Below are positions 9,761 through 19,811 of a stretch of DNA of 64,000 nt, piece after piece. The DNA is taken from assembly GCA_024279685.1 (NCBI GenBank), contig JAJRRI010000035.1, positions 3,081 through 67,080 of the forward strand. Reading direction: 5' to 3'. The position numbers and the translations under genes were made by a program. The notes under the pieces were generated by a model, which was given only the letters and a program-made list of their open reading frames with translations, was not told where the DNA came from and did no database searches. The first letter of the stretch is position 1; every line of letters begins with the position of its first letter. This DNA comes from Verrucomicrobiota bacterium. GTDB lineage: Bacteria; Verrucomicrobiota; Kiritimatiellia; Kiritimatiellales; Pontiellaceae.

Positions 9761-10117
9761 TATCGTCTGAAAATAACTAAGGAGGGCGTTTTGCGCACGC
9801 TCCTTTTTAAGAGCTCGAATTGGCTATATAAATCACAGTCGTTTATTGATTTCAGCATTAAAATGCCTAAATCGAACGGTATTTATCATCTAACCCATAA
9901 AAGAGGATTTTCGAGACGCTGAAGAACCACGAAACTTTGCGTCAGATCAAAGAGTGTGACGAGCCTCGGAAGTTATAATTTAACAGGGATTTAGCGGAAT
10001 AAATTCACGTTTCCGAGAAATTGTGAATGCCCTTTTAATGGAAATATGCGAAGAGTGGGAGTCGGTCGATAAAGCCTGCTTAAAAATGAAGGCTAACTAC
10101 ATAGAAAGGGGATAAAA

Positions 10118-10624
10118 ATGAATAAATCATTGATTATGGCGTTTATTGCAGGAGCTCTTACAGGATGTACCTCAACCTATAAGACGAGTACGCTTGAATT
10201 TCCATCAAAAAAACTCAACCGAGAATACACAGTAATTGTGCAAACCCCTCAAAATGGGTATTACGGCGCTCAGGAATATAAAAAATCGGGGTTAATGACA
10301 GCGAAGGCATTAAAAACTGGATTTTTGCAATATGCATCGAATGTTAATTCCGTACCGAACAAGACCTCAAAAAGTGATTTCAAAGGCATCGAGCGACATT
10401 ATTATGTAAGGCCTGAAATTTTAGAATGGGAAGATCGTGCTACGGAATGGTCCGGAAAACGGGATCGGATATCCGTTAAGATTGAAATTTATAATACGTC
10501 AACGATGGAGCGGGAATCGTCGATCATATTAAACGGGAAGAGCAAGTGGTTTACCCTCGGAGGAGACCATCCTCAGGACCTGCTGCAAAAGCCAGTACAT
10601 GACTATATCCGCACCCTTTATTAG
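10118..10624 (+). CDS. Lipoprotein, DUF4823-like
   Basis: Lipobox ALTG-C after a short signal peptide. PEILEWEDRATEWSGKRD motif recalled from DUF4823 proteins. RBS AGAAAGGGG upstream. Visibly AT-rich. Confidence 0.7.
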   Translation: MNKSLIMAFIAGALTGCTSTYKTSTLEFPSKKLNREYTVIVQTPQNGYYGAQEYKKSGLMTAKALKTGFLQYASNVNSVPNKTSKSDFKGIERHYYVRPEILEWEDRATEWSGKRDRISVKIEIYNTSTMERESSIILNGKSKWFTLGGDHPQDLLQKPVHDYIRTLY

Positions 10625-10671
10625 CTTGTGAACACCGCTCTCTGAAGCGGTATTCTTATGGGGTGTTAATT

Positions 10672-11898
10672 TTAAAGGCGCTTAAAAATCAATGAGGTGT
10701 TGATCCCGCCGAAGGCGAAGTTGTTGCTCATGATGTATTTGCAATCGATCTGTCGGCCGTCCCCCACGATATAATCGAGATCCCCGCAACGCTCATCGAT
10801 GGTCTTCAGGTTTAGTGTCGGATGGAACCACCCTTCGTTCATCATCTCTAGGCTCAGCCAGGCCTCGATAGCGCCGCAGGCTCCAAGGGTGTGGCCGAAA
10901 TAACTCTTTAACGAACTGATCGGTGTCTTCTTGCCGAAGAGGTTGGCTGTGGCATGGCTCTCTGCAATATCGCCTTTATCGGTGGCGGTGCCATGGGCTG
11001 AAACATAACCGATCATAGACGGATTGACCTGCGCATCATTCAGTGCCATTTCCATACAGCGTTGCATGCTTGCGCTATCTGGCTGGGTCACGTGCGCCGC
11101 ATCGCAGGTGGTTGCATAGCCGATCAGTTCGGCGTAAATTTGAGCTCCGCGAGCTTTAGCATGTTCATATTCTTCGAGCACCAATGTTCCGGCTCCCTCG
11201 CCAATCACTAGGCCATCGCGATCGGCATCGTATGGGCGCGGCGTAGTTTTTGGTGCCTCATTCCGCAGGCTGGTGGCATAGAGCACATCAAATGCCGCGG
11301 ATTCGGTGGGACAGAGTTCCTCTGCGCCTCCGGCGACCATGGCGGTTTGATATCCATGTTTGATGGCTTCATAGGCATATCCGATGGCCTGACTGCCGGA
11401 GGTGCATGCGCTACTGGTCGGAATTACGCGGCCCCGCAAGCCGAAGAAAATGGCTACGTTGACCGCCGTAGTATGCGGCATCATTTGAACATAGCTGTTG
11501 GCATGAATCGCCCGAGTATTCTTTTCATTCAACATGAGGCCAAAAGCGCCGGTGGCGTCCGTGCTGCCGGTGGAGGAGCCGTATGCAACTCCCGTTTGGC
11601 CATTGGTGAGGACGTCGAGCTCCAGCAAGCCGCTTTGCCGTAGGGCATTTTCCGAGGCCACCGTCGCTAGTTTGGATACCCGCCCCATGGAGCGGATCTT
11701 TTTTCGAGTGTAATGAGCGGGGAGGTCAAAATCGTTGATGGGTGCCGCTAGCTGAGTGTTCAATCCCTTATATTGCGCGTACTCGGGCATCCGTTGCACC
11801 GCGTTTTCACACGCCTTCAGGTTGGGTGCGACGGTTCCCCAATGGTTCCCGAAAGCGGTGACTCCGGACATTCCTGTAACGACCACTCGACGACTCAT
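10672..11898 (-). CDS. apeR: Beta-ketoacyl-ACP synthase (APE cluster, ApeR-type)
   Basis: RRVVVTGMSGVTAFG, catalytic SSACTSG, SAHGTAT, KSYFGHTLGA, SNNFAFGG. Last gene of the APE gene order. Confidence 0.9.
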   Translation of the reverse strand: MSRRVVVTGMSGVTAFGNHWGTVAPNLKACENAVQRMPEYAQYKGLNTQLAAPINDFDLPAHYTRKKIRSMGRVSKLATVASENALRQSGLLELDVLTNGQTGVAYGSSTGSTDATGAFGLMLNEKNTRAIHANSYVQMMPHTTAVNVAIFFGLRGRVIPTSSACTSGSQAIGYAYEAIKHGYQTAMVAGGAEELCPTESAAFDVLYATSLRNEAPKTTPRPYDADRDGLVIGEGAGTLVLEEYEHAKARGAQIYAELIGYATTCDAAHVTQPDSASMQRCMEMALNDAQVNPSMIGYVSAHGTATDKGDIAESHATANLFGKKTPISSLKSYFGHTLGACGAIEAWLSLEMMNEGWFHPTLNLKTIDERCGDLDYIVGDGRQIDCKYIMSNNFAFGGINTSLIFKRL

Positions 11899-12620
11899 AC
11901 CATACCTCCATTTACAGAAATGACCTGGCGGGTGATGTAGGACGCCGCATCAGACATTAGAAAGCGGGCTAGTCCCGCGACTTCTTCCGCCGTGCCCATT
12001 CGCCGGAGCGGAATCAGGGTCAAAGCTTGTTTTAAAACCTCTTCGTTCACGAGGCCTGTATCAATCAATCCTGGGGCGATGCAATTGACGGTAATTTTCC
12101 GTTTCGCCAACTCAAGGGCCAGCGATTTGGTCGCGCCGATGATCCCCGCCTTAGAAGCACTATAATTGGTTTGGCCCCGGTTTCCCGTGATCCCTGAAAC
12201 GGAGGAGAGCGTCACAATGCGCCCGCCTTTCCGCAATTGAACCATCGGCAGCACACACGGATGGAGTACATTATAAAATCCATCGAGGTTGGTGTGTAAA
12301 ACATGATCCCACTCCTGCTCCGTCATAGCAGGGAACGCATTATCGCGGACCACGCCCGCATTGGTCACGACGCCGTAATAGGCGCCGTGCGATTCGATAT
12401 CGGCCTCCAGTTGGGTGCGGCATTCCTCGCGTGCGCCGATATCGAAACAGATCGATCGGGCGGCCCCTCCGTGTTGGGTAATCTCCTGCATAGTTTGCTG
12501 CGCTCCGGCTTCATCGCTCCGGTAATGCACGACCACGGTAAACCCATCTTCCGCGAGTTGGAGGGCGATCGCTCGGCCTATTCCTTTACTCGCCCCGGTA
12601 ACTAATACGTGTCTTTCCAT
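11895..12620 (-). CDS. apeQ: 3-ketoacyl-ACP reductase (ApeQ, FabG-like)
   Basis: TGASKGIG, NAG, YSASK catalytic motif. Start moved to ATG 12620. Stop overlaps the apeR start. Confidence 0.9.
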   Translation of the reverse strand: MERHVLVTGASKGIGRAIALQLAEDGFTVVVHYRSDEAGAQQTMQEITQHGGAARSICFDIGAREECRTQLEADIESHGAYYGVVTNAGVVRDNAFPAMTEQEWDHVLHTNLDGFYNVLHPCVLPMVQLRKGGRIVTLSSVSGITGNRGQTNYSASKAGIIGATKSLALELAKRKITVNCIAPGLIDTGLVNEEVLKQALTLIPLRRMGTAEEVAGLARFLMSDAASYITRQVISVNGGMV

Positions 12621-12661
12621 GATCGTGCTCCCTTCCATTTTATCCGTTGATCTCATGTCGC

Positions 12662-13108
12662 CTAGGTTTCCGCTGGCGGCTCATATACATTCAATTCGCA
12701 CGTCGCTTGCAAGATTCCTTTATGGTGAATCGTGCAGGAAAAAGCCGCCATATTATCACTCTTCAAAATTTGTTTTGCATGGATATCCAAGACCATCCCT
12801 TCGGGAAAATGGGGCTGTTCGCTCCTATAACTTCGTCCCCCCAATAGGAATCCAATGGCGGGAGTTTCGTTCCGTTTCCAAGCGTGGTAGCCCGCCCAAA
12901 TCGCGACGGTCTGCGCCATGAATTCCATCCCGATATAGCCCGGAACCGCCCGCGTCTGCGCATTAAAAAAAATGCCCGACGCATGAATAATGACTCGGCA
13001 ATGTACCTTATCTTCTTCGGCATGTACCAGTTCATCAATAAGGATCATGGGTGCATCATGCGCGATGAGTTGGGCTATATTCGGCAGATCATTCATGAAC
13101 CCCTCCAA
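12662..13108 (-). CDS. apeP: Hotdog-fold dehydratase partner (ApeP)
   Basis: IAHDAPMILID, GMEFMAQTVA, IGFLLGGR. Located between KS and FabG. Confidence 0.85.
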   Translation of the reverse strand: MEGFMNDLPNIAQLIAHDAPMILIDELVHAEEDKVHCRVIIHASGIFFNAQTRAVPGYIGMEFMAQTVAIWAGYHAWKRNETPAIGFLLGGRSYRSEQPHFPEGMVLDIHAKQILKSDNMAAFSCTIHHKGILQATCELNVYEPPAET

Positions 13109-14306
13109 AAATTAGACTCACGTTATTCCCCCCAAAAGCGAAGGAATTGCTCAGCACCGCCCGTTTTTTCAGCCGCATGCCGGGTCTCGCCCATTGGACC
13201 GGCGGGAATTCAGCGGGGTATTCCCCGTCATTCACTTGCGCCGGAATTTCTAAATTATAGTGCAACAGGTGCCAGCAGATTGCCGCTTCAACGGCGCTGG
13301 CCGCACCGAGCGTGTGCCCGGTAAGCGGTTTGGTTGAGCTTACTGGAACCCGATCCCCAAACAGCCGGAAGATCGCTTTGGCTTCCATTTCATCGTTCAG
13401 TACGGTGGCGGTTCCATGGGCGTTAATATAACCAATGTCTTTCGGGCCGAGCGCCGCATCGGCCAGCGCCCGCCGCATCGACTCCTCGGCTCCGTTTCCT
13501 TCTGGGTGCGGCGCCGAAATATGGTGCGCATCCGAACTATCCCCAAACCCGAGCAGGGAAATATTTTTTGAATCGGGGTCGGCCTCGCGGGAGAGGACAA
13601 AAAAGGCCGCGCCTTCACCAATATTAATTCCGTTCCTATTTTTACTGAAGGGATTGCAGAGCGATTCGGATAGCGATTCCAAGGTATGAAATCCATTGAG
13701 CGTAAGCCGACAGAGCGAATCTGCCCCTCCTACAATGACGGCATCTGCCATGCCCGATCGGAGAAGCCGGGCTCCCGAAATAAAAGCGCGCCCGCTCGAT
13801 GAGCACGCGGTCGAAAGGGTATAGCTCGCCCCTTTGATGCCGAAGTAGGCCGCGATAAATTCGGAAAGGGTTCCAATTTCCTGCGTCTCATAGAGATAGT
13901 CGGCGGGGAACGCTCCCTTTTGGATCTGATGAAGCAAGGCTCGCTCGCCATCCGCAATACCGGACGTGCTCGTGCCCGCCACCACCGCCACGCGCTTGGC
14001 GCCATAGCGAGCCACGATCTGCTCCACCGAGGTTGAAATTTGTTGCAGCGCCGAGAGGGCTAGTCGATTGTTACCCGAGTGAATCAATCCCGTTGGGATT
14101 TCGGGTAAAGTGGACGCCACCTTTCCCACTCGAGTTTTCTGATCCGCATTCAGGAAATCATTTCCCCGTATCATGTCCGGCGAGCTCCCCTTCAACAGCC
14201 GTTCATGAATCTGTTCATGCCTTAAACCCAGCGCTGAATTAAATCCACAAGCGTGGATATAAACCGGGGGTGGTTTGTCGTTATTTGGGATGGATTTCGA
14301 GGGCAC
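13089..14306 (-). CDS. apeO: Beta-ketoacyl-ACP synthase (ApeO-type)
   Basis: GTSTSGI, STACSSS, NIGEGAA, SDAHHISAP, NAHGTAT, KPLTGHTLGA, SNSFAFGGNN. Confidence 0.9.
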   Translation of the reverse strand: MPSKSIPNNDKPPPVYIHACGFNSALGLRHEQIHERLLKGSSPDMIRGNDFLNADQKTRVGKVASTLPEIPTGLIHSGNNRLALSALQQISTSVEQIVARYGAKRVAVVAGTSTSGIADGERALLHQIQKGAFPADYLYETQEIGTLSEFIAAYFGIKGASYTLSTACSSSGRAFISGARLLRSGMADAVIVGGADSLCRLTLNGFHTLESLSESLCNPFSKNRNGINIGEGAAFFVLSREADPDSKNISLLGFGDSSDAHHISAPHPEGNGAEESMRRALADAALGPKDIGYINAHGTATVLNDEMEAKAIFRLFGDRVPVSSTKPLTGHTLGAASAVEAAICWHLLHYNLEIPAQVNDGEYPAEFPPVQWARPGMRLKKRAVLSNSFAFGGNNVSLIFGGVHE

Positions 14307-14309
14307 GTT

Positions 14310-14906
14310 TTACCGACTATAGTTGAGTGTTTTAATGGTTATTTTTAACCCTAAGAGATGATTCATAAACACAATGGTTCCGTCAAGGTCGGGTTCTTTT
14401 TCGTAGACTATCGTGGCCATCACCTGTTGGTTTTGATCCATCAACTGGCGTTGCTTCGACGTTCCTTCCAATCGCCAGCCGATCGCTTGTAAGGGTTCCT
14501 CCCAAGCTTCTAACGGCCAAAGCGTGATCATTAGGTTAAAGAGAATCTGTTCAGGATCAGGTAATTTTTTACCTAAGCCCGACATAACCGAAGTTGAAAT
14601 CGTCCCTTCTTCATAGGTCAGGCTCATAATACGTGACCCCCACGATGAAAACCCGGCCAGTACCAACCGTTCAGGATCCACTTGAAGTTGCACTGGCAAC
14701 TGGTGTTGCTCGCCTTGATAATCCACCGAGACCAACTGACTGGCGGAGAGGCAATAGCCCAGCGACTTCGGCAGCGGCATTTCGATGAAAAGGTTCGGAG
14801 CAATTTCCACCGTATTTTCGCGGAGTTGCGGGCGGCTGAGACATCCCCCCAAAAGGCATGCCGTACTCATCAACAGCCCGATCTTAAACCAAGAAAAACG
14901 CGTCAT
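14310..14906 (-). CDS. apeN: DUF3261 lipoprotein (ApeN)
   Basis: Lipobox LLGG-C from ATG 14906 (ATGA overlap with the MMPL stop). SASQLV, LVLAGFSSWG, LFNLMITLWP. Confidence 0.8.
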   Translation of the reverse strand: MTRFSWFKIGLLMSTACLLGGCLSRPQLRENTVEIAPNLFIEMPLPKSLGYCLSASQLVSVDYQGEQHQLPVQLQVDPERLVLAGFSSWGSRIMSLTYEEGTISTSVMSGLGKKLPDPEQILFNLMITLWPLEAWEEPLQAIGWRLEGTSKQRQLMDQNQQVMATIVYEKEPDLDGTIVFMNHLLGLKITIKTLNYSR

Positions 14907-17224
14907 GATCTCTTCTCCAGCGTCATGGCCAGCGGGGCTAGCAACCAGGATATAAAAATACCGACCAATACCGTCATTCCGAAACAATGAATCGCCGCCG
15001 TCTCACTTAACGCCAAGAGACCAAACGATAAAAGGGTGGTGGCGGCCGACAACGAAATAGACAGTTGGGTGCTGAGCAGGGCTTGGCCGGAACGCTCCCG
15101 CAGTTCGCCAAAGAAAAGCGTATAATCAATGCCGATCCCCAACACAATGGCCAAGGCCAGCAGGTTGAACAGATTCATCGGCGCGCCCGAAAGACCCGCG
15201 ATTGAAATACTAAACAGCCCAGCAAGGATGGGCGGGAGGACCATACGAGTGCCTTTTGCTACCCCATATCGGAGGGCTAAAAGAATCCAAATTGACAGCG
15301 TGGCCAAGAGGAGTAAATAGGTGATTCGAACTCGGTACACCGAAAAAAGAGCTGAAATTTCGGACGCCTTATCCAAAAAGTGAAGGTCTGGGTTTTGCGC
15401 CGCTAGTGCGTTCAAGGGCGCGGCGTTTTTTACCCCGTTTAGTAGAATCACCGAACCTACTTTTTCGGTGTCATCCAATTTTCCTAGCCATAGAAACCGA
15501 AGCGGTTCGGCGGCCGGGGATGCTAAGAAACTAGCGAGGGTTAGCGGCGAGAAATCGGTCGCCATGCTGGGGGTCTCGGAAAGGCCCAAGGTCTGCTTAA
15601 GTTGATGCCCTTGTTTTAGGTAGAGGCTTTGAACTAGCTCGAAATTATCGCGCTGAATACGCTCGGAAGGCGCATAGGGTTCTAGACTATGGAACCCGCC
15701 CAAAATCTCATTTTGAATCAACTCATTTAAGCGTAGGCCGGTCTCGTGAAGTCGTTCGAGCACCGCTTGCTCATCGTCACCGGTCACCAGTAACATGTGC
15801 TGACCATTCTGTATTCCCATCACCTGCTGCACCACTTTTTCTTGGGCTTTTAGGTCGGGAGAAAGGGCCTGTAGCTGGCGGATATCATCATTGAACTCGG
15901 CACGAAAGAGACCCGGAATAGCGAGTCCCAGCACCAGGAGCGGAAGTGCGATTCGGACCGAACGGTTGCTCCAAAATACGATCCAGCCGTTCATCGGAGC
16001 GGCCCATGGCAGGCCCGAATTCGTGCCCGGTTTGGCCGCCAGAACCGGATACCAACAGACCACTGTGGCGTAGGCTCCGGCCAGCCCGACGGTGGAAAAA
16101 ACAGCCAGTTGCTGTAGGCCTGGGAAGGGAGCCGCGAGTAATCCTGCATAGCCCATTACACTCGTAATTAACCCCATCGTGATGGCTGAAAAAATGGCCT
16201 TGAGGCCCGTTCCTGAATGCCAGCTCGAACCGGCCGCGAGGCGGTGCGTTAAATAGTGAAAGGCATAGTCGATGGAAATACCAATTAGGCTGGCTCCAAA
16301 AACCAAGCTGAACAGATGCACGCGTCCGAAGATCCAAACCGTGACCACAAATGCCGCCAGCAGTCCGCAACCGATCGATAATAACGAGAGACCAATCGGC
16401 AACAGGCTCCGGTAGACGATGATGAGCAGCACGAGCACTCCGATCAATGAACCGATGCCAATGGTACTGATTTCGCGCTGGGCACTTTTAATTCCCTCCG
16501 CCGCATAACAGAGCACGCCCGTATGATATAGCTCCACCGCATATCTTTCACGGATCTGTTGTTCGAGTTCCAGCAGGGCGGGCAGTTGATTGGCTCCGCG
16601 TGCGCCATAGGCGGAATCGGCCGCCTCGGCCGTAATTAGGAGGTAGCTTTTTTCCTCGTCGCTTTTGCCGGGAAATCCATCGATGAGGGTGAAAGCGCCG
16701 GATTGTGAAGTCAGGCCGGAGAGGAATTCACGAAATAAAAGAAAGGGATTGTTCTGCAACTCGCGTCCCGTCACTCCAGAGAAGGGGCTGTAGAGTTGCA
16801 TCTGAACTCGCTCCACCTGTGCTTCCGGCGTATGCCGGAGACGTTCGCGTTGCTCTGGGGTGAGCAGTTGAAATCGTTTGGGATAGTAGAGATCGCTCCA
16901 GGATTTCTGTTGGTTAGAATCGATCCGTCCGGACACGGAAGAAAAGAGCTCCATTTGTTTAAGCCCGCCCACTAGATCTTCAGCCGCCCGCACAGCCTGA
17001 TCCTTATCCTCGGCTTCAATGACAAAGAGCACTTTGCGTTCTAGCCCGCCGAGCACGCGATCCATCGCCGCCTGCGCAACAGGGTTCTGCCGGTCTCTAG
17101 GCAGAAGCGCCATGATGTCGGTCTCGATCAGCGTTCCACGACTCGATCCCAACCCCTGCCAGAGTAAGCTTCCGCCGAGAACCAGAATGACAACCAGCCA
17201 GCTATATGCTCTTTTAAAATTCAA
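14903..17224 (-). CDS. apeM: MMPL/RND-type exporter (ApeM)
   Basis: ETDIMALLP, two transmembrane bundles with GISIDYAFH and LGIGIDYTLF, NDDIRQLQ. Confidence 0.9.
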   Translation of the reverse strand: MNFKRAYSWLVVILVLGGSLLWQGLGSSRGTLIETDIMALLPRDRQNPVAQAAMDRVLGGLERKVLFVIEAEDKDQAVRAAEDLVGGLKQMELFSSVSGRIDSNQQKSWSDLYYPKRFQLLTPEQRERLRHTPEAQVERVQMQLYSPFSGVTGRELQNNPFLLFREFLSGLTSQSGAFTLIDGFPGKSDEEKSYLLITAEAADSAYGARGANQLPALLELEQQIRERYAVELYHTGVLCYAAEGIKSAQREISTIGIGSLIGVLVLLIIVYRSLLPIGLSLLSIGCGLLAAFVVTVWIFGRVHLFSLVFGASLIGISIDYAFHYLTHRLAAGSSWHSGTGLKAIFSAITMGLITSVMGYAGLLAAPFPGLQQLAVFSTVGLAGAYATVVCWYPVLAAKPGTNSGLPWAAPMNGWIVFWSNRSVRIALPLLVLGLAIPGLFRAEFNDDIRQLQALSPDLKAQEKVVQQVMGIQNGQHMLLVTGDDEQAVLERLHETGLRLNELIQNEILGGFHSLEPYAPSERIQRDNFELVQSLYLKQGHQLKQTLGLSETPSMATDFSPLTLASFLASPAAEPLRFLWLGKLDDTEKVGSVILLNGVKNAAPLNALAAQNPDLHFLDKASEISALFSVYRVRITYLLLLATLSIWILLALRYGVAKGTRMVLPPILAGLFSISIAGLSGAPMNLFNLLALAIVLGIGIDYTLFFGELRERSGQALLSTQLSISLSAATTLLSFGLLALSETAAIHCFGMTVLVGIFISWLLAPLAMTLEKRS

Positions 17225-17849
17225 ATGAACTCCGCTCTGCTTCAGTTAATGAGGCCGGATGGTTGCTCTGATGACTGAATTGGATGACGGAAATATCCCC
17301 GCTCGTCTCCTCAAGACGGATCGTGTCGATGTATTCACGACCCTGGAGTCGGATCGTTTTAAAGGCGGTTTTCAGGGGCCCTTGCTCCGGAGTCAGCTTC
17401 AACGTCCAGTATTTTTCCTCCTTCACTGGCGGGAAAAATTCCACGTTAAACTGTTCGGCTAGCCCCTCTGTCTCCCCACGAAAAATGGAAAGAAAAAGCC
17501 CGCTGAAATAAAACATCATTGGGTTTTCATCGGCCTGCATCACCTGCGCGGGCTGCTCGCCAAATTGTTGGCTCAACTGATCCTTCCCCAGAATGAGTGT
17601 AACGGAAAATGGGTGAGTCTGTAGCCATTGGAGTCCATGGGGCTCGGATAAAAGAAAGCGTCCCTCTGAGACCAGAGGTTGGTCAAATAGCTCCAACGTC
17701 CGGGTCTGTTTGAATGATCCACGGATCACCGTGTGGGCGGACAAAGTCCGCTGGAGTTCCACCAACGATTCGATCGGCTTTCCGCTCCCACTCATGGGGA
17801 ATGCGATCAGCATGGAGAACATAAATATCCAGCTTCTGCTACCGCGCAT
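17214..17849 (-). CDS. apeL: LolA-like lipid/lipoprotein carrier (ApeL)
   Basis: Signal peptide, GSFKQTR, PLVSEGRF, GLQWLQTHPF, WTLKLTP, ETSGD. Confidence 0.85.
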   Translation of the reverse strand: MRGSRSWIFMFSMLIAFPMSGSGKPIESLVELQRTLSAHTVIRGSFKQTRTLELFDQPLVSEGRFLLSEPHGLQWLQTHPFSVTLILGKDQLSQQFGEQPAQVMQADENPMMFYFSGLFLSIFRGETEGLAEQFNVEFFPPVKEEKYWTLKLTPEQGPLKTAFKTIRLQGREYIDTIRLEETSGDISVIQFSHQSNHPASLTEAERSSFEF

Positions 17850-18267
17850 GCCAGGCCTCCACTCGGTTCAGGAAGACTTTGGGCGACACATAACACATCT
17901 CTTCCGTCTCCATATCCACCGCTACCTGCAGGGTGTATCCGCGGGTGAGTCGCTCGCCCGTTTTTGCATCGTAGACGACATACTTTACCTTCAGGCGATT
18001 TTCCCATTCGGCGAGCTCGGCCGTCACTCGGATCTCGTGGTTGAAGGAGACCGGGCGGATATATTTAACGCGCACATCGATAATCGGCCAGACATAGCCC
18101 GACGCGCGCATGGCTAGATAGCTATATTCAATCTTTTCCAATAAAGCGTGACGAGCGGCCTCGAAAAATCGGAAATAATTTCCATGATAGATTACCCCCA
18201 TTGGGTCGGCATCTTGAAAAGAGGTCGTCAGCACCACTTCGGCTTGCAGGCGTTTTTCTGAGTTCAT
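17839..18267 (-). CDS. apeK: Acyl-CoA/ACP thioesterase, 4HBT-like (ApeK)
   Basis: FQDADPMGVIYHGNYFRFFE motif. ATG 18267 overlaps the ammonia-lyase stop (ATGA). Confidence 0.88.
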   Translation of the reverse strand: MNSEKRLQAEVVLTTSFQDADPMGVIYHGNYFRFFEAARHALLEKIEYSYLAMRASGYVWPIIDVRVKYIRPVSFNHEIRVTAELAEWENRLKVKYVVYDAKTGERLTRGYTLQVAVDMETEEMCYVSPKVFLNRVEAWHAR

Positions 18268-19811
18268 GCGCCGGCCTCCGGATAGAGAGGCCAATGCTGC
18301 GATCGGATACGTTTGATGCAAAGACGCAAGTCCGGTTCGAGCATTCGATCTTCAATGACGAGTTCAAAGTCTTCCAGTACCGTGGCCCTCATCGTTTGTA
18401 AGGCCGCGCTGAGGGGATGGTCGTCTAGATCGCCCTGTTTTTTACGAATTTCGAGGGCTTGCGTGGCGGCCAATAGCGAGGCTGCCGCCACCTGCTCGGT
18501 CAGCTCCAATACCCGAATACAGTCGCGCGCCGCAATGGTTCCCATACTGACCTTGTCCTGATTATGGCATTCCGTGGAGCGCGAAAAAACGCTGGCTGGC
18601 ATTGTGTGTTTAAGCGCTTCGGCGGTCCACGCCGACGTCCCAATTTGTACGGCTTTGAACCCATGATTAATCGCCTGCCGGTGTCCTTCTGCACCGGTCA
18701 GGTTCAGCGGCAATCCGTTATTAAATTTATAGTCCATCAGCTGCGCCATCTGCCGATCCAACAGATCCGCCAGATTCGCGACCGCGATTTTGAGCGTATC
18801 CATCGCCATCGCCACATGACCGCCATAAAAATGACCGCCATGCAAAACACGCTCGGTGTCGGGATCAATAATCGGATTATCGTTGCTGCTGTTCAGCTCA
18901 TTTTCGATCAGCTGGCGGAGCCAGGGTAGGCTGTCTTCCAGCACGCCGATCACATGCGGCGCGCAACGTAGCGAATAGCGATCTTGCAACCGGTCACTGT
19001 TGCGTGGCGGGCGCTCGGCCTGTAGGTCGGAGCGCAACCAACTGGCAACGGCCTGTTGACCCGGATGGGGCTTTACCGCAAATAGGGCTTCGTCAAAATG
19101 AAATTCGTTGCCCTGTAGCGCCACGGACATCATGGCCGTGATTCGGGTGGTCAGTTTTCCTAGGTAGGCCGCACGCTCAAAGGCCAAACACGCCACGCCG
19201 GTCATCACCGCCGTTCCGTTCATCAACGCCAGTCCCTCTTTGGGCTTCAGTTCAATGGGTTCCATATTTAGAACCTCAAAAACCTCTGCGGTGGAACGGA
19301 GGTTGCCTTCAAAGTAGACTTCGCGTTCACCAATCAGGACGGCCGCAACATAGGAGAGCGGAGTCAAATCGCCACTGGCCCCCACCGAACCTTCCTGTGG
19401 AATGCGCGGGTGTACATTCAAGTTGAGTAACTGGATGAGTTGATCGAGCACCACTAGGCGCACGCCTGAAAATCCACGTGCCAATGAGCTCAGTCGTGTC
19501 GCTAGAATGGCGCGCACGTGCTGCTCATCAAAATCGGCCCCGAGGCCGCATCCATGAAAGCGAATCAGATGCAGCGGCAACTCGCTCGTTAAATCGGGAG
19601 GAATGGCCACCGTACATGAATCTCCGTATCCGGTTGTGACGCCATAGATCACCCCTTCCTCGCGTAGTAATTGATCGAGGAAGGCCGCCCCGCGATTACT
19701 TTTTTCGATAAAGGCCGGATCTTCCGACAAGGCAACAGGCGCTCCTAAAGCAATCGCTGCAATCTGTTCAAGAGTCAGGTCGCCCTGGCCAAATATGATT
19801 GGTTTATTCAT
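18264..19811 (-). CDS. Aromatic amino acid ammonia-lyase (HAL/PAL/TAL family)
   Basis: IYGVTTGYG, MIO-forming GASGDL, KEGLALMNGT, QDRYSLRCAPHV, NDNP, HGGHFYG, HNQDKVSMG. Confidence 0.92.
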   Translation of the reverse strand: MNKPIIFGQGDLTLEQIAAIALGAPVALSEDPAFIEKSNRGAAFLDQLLREEGVIYGVTTGYGDSCTVAIPPDLTSELPLHLIRFHGCGLGADFDEQHVRAILATRLSSLARGFSGVRLVVLDQLIQLLNLNVHPRIPQEGSVGASGDLTPLSYVAAVLIGEREVYFEGNLRSTAEVFEVLNMEPIELKPKEGLALMNGTAVMTGVACLAFERAAYLGKLTTRITAMMSVALQGNEFHFDEALFAVKPHPGQQAVASWLRSDLQAERPPRNSDRLQDRYSLRCAPHVIGVLEDSLPWLRQLIENELNSSNDNPIIDPDTERVLHGGHFYGGHVAMAMDTLKIAVANLADLLDRQMAQLMDYKFNNGLPLNLTGAEGHRQAINHGFKAVQIGTSAWTAEALKHTMPASVFSRSTECHNQDKVSMGTIAARDCIRVLELTEQVAAASLLAATQALEIRKKQGDLDDHPLSAALQTMRATVLEDFELVIEDRMLEPDLRLCIKRIRSQHWPLYPEAGA

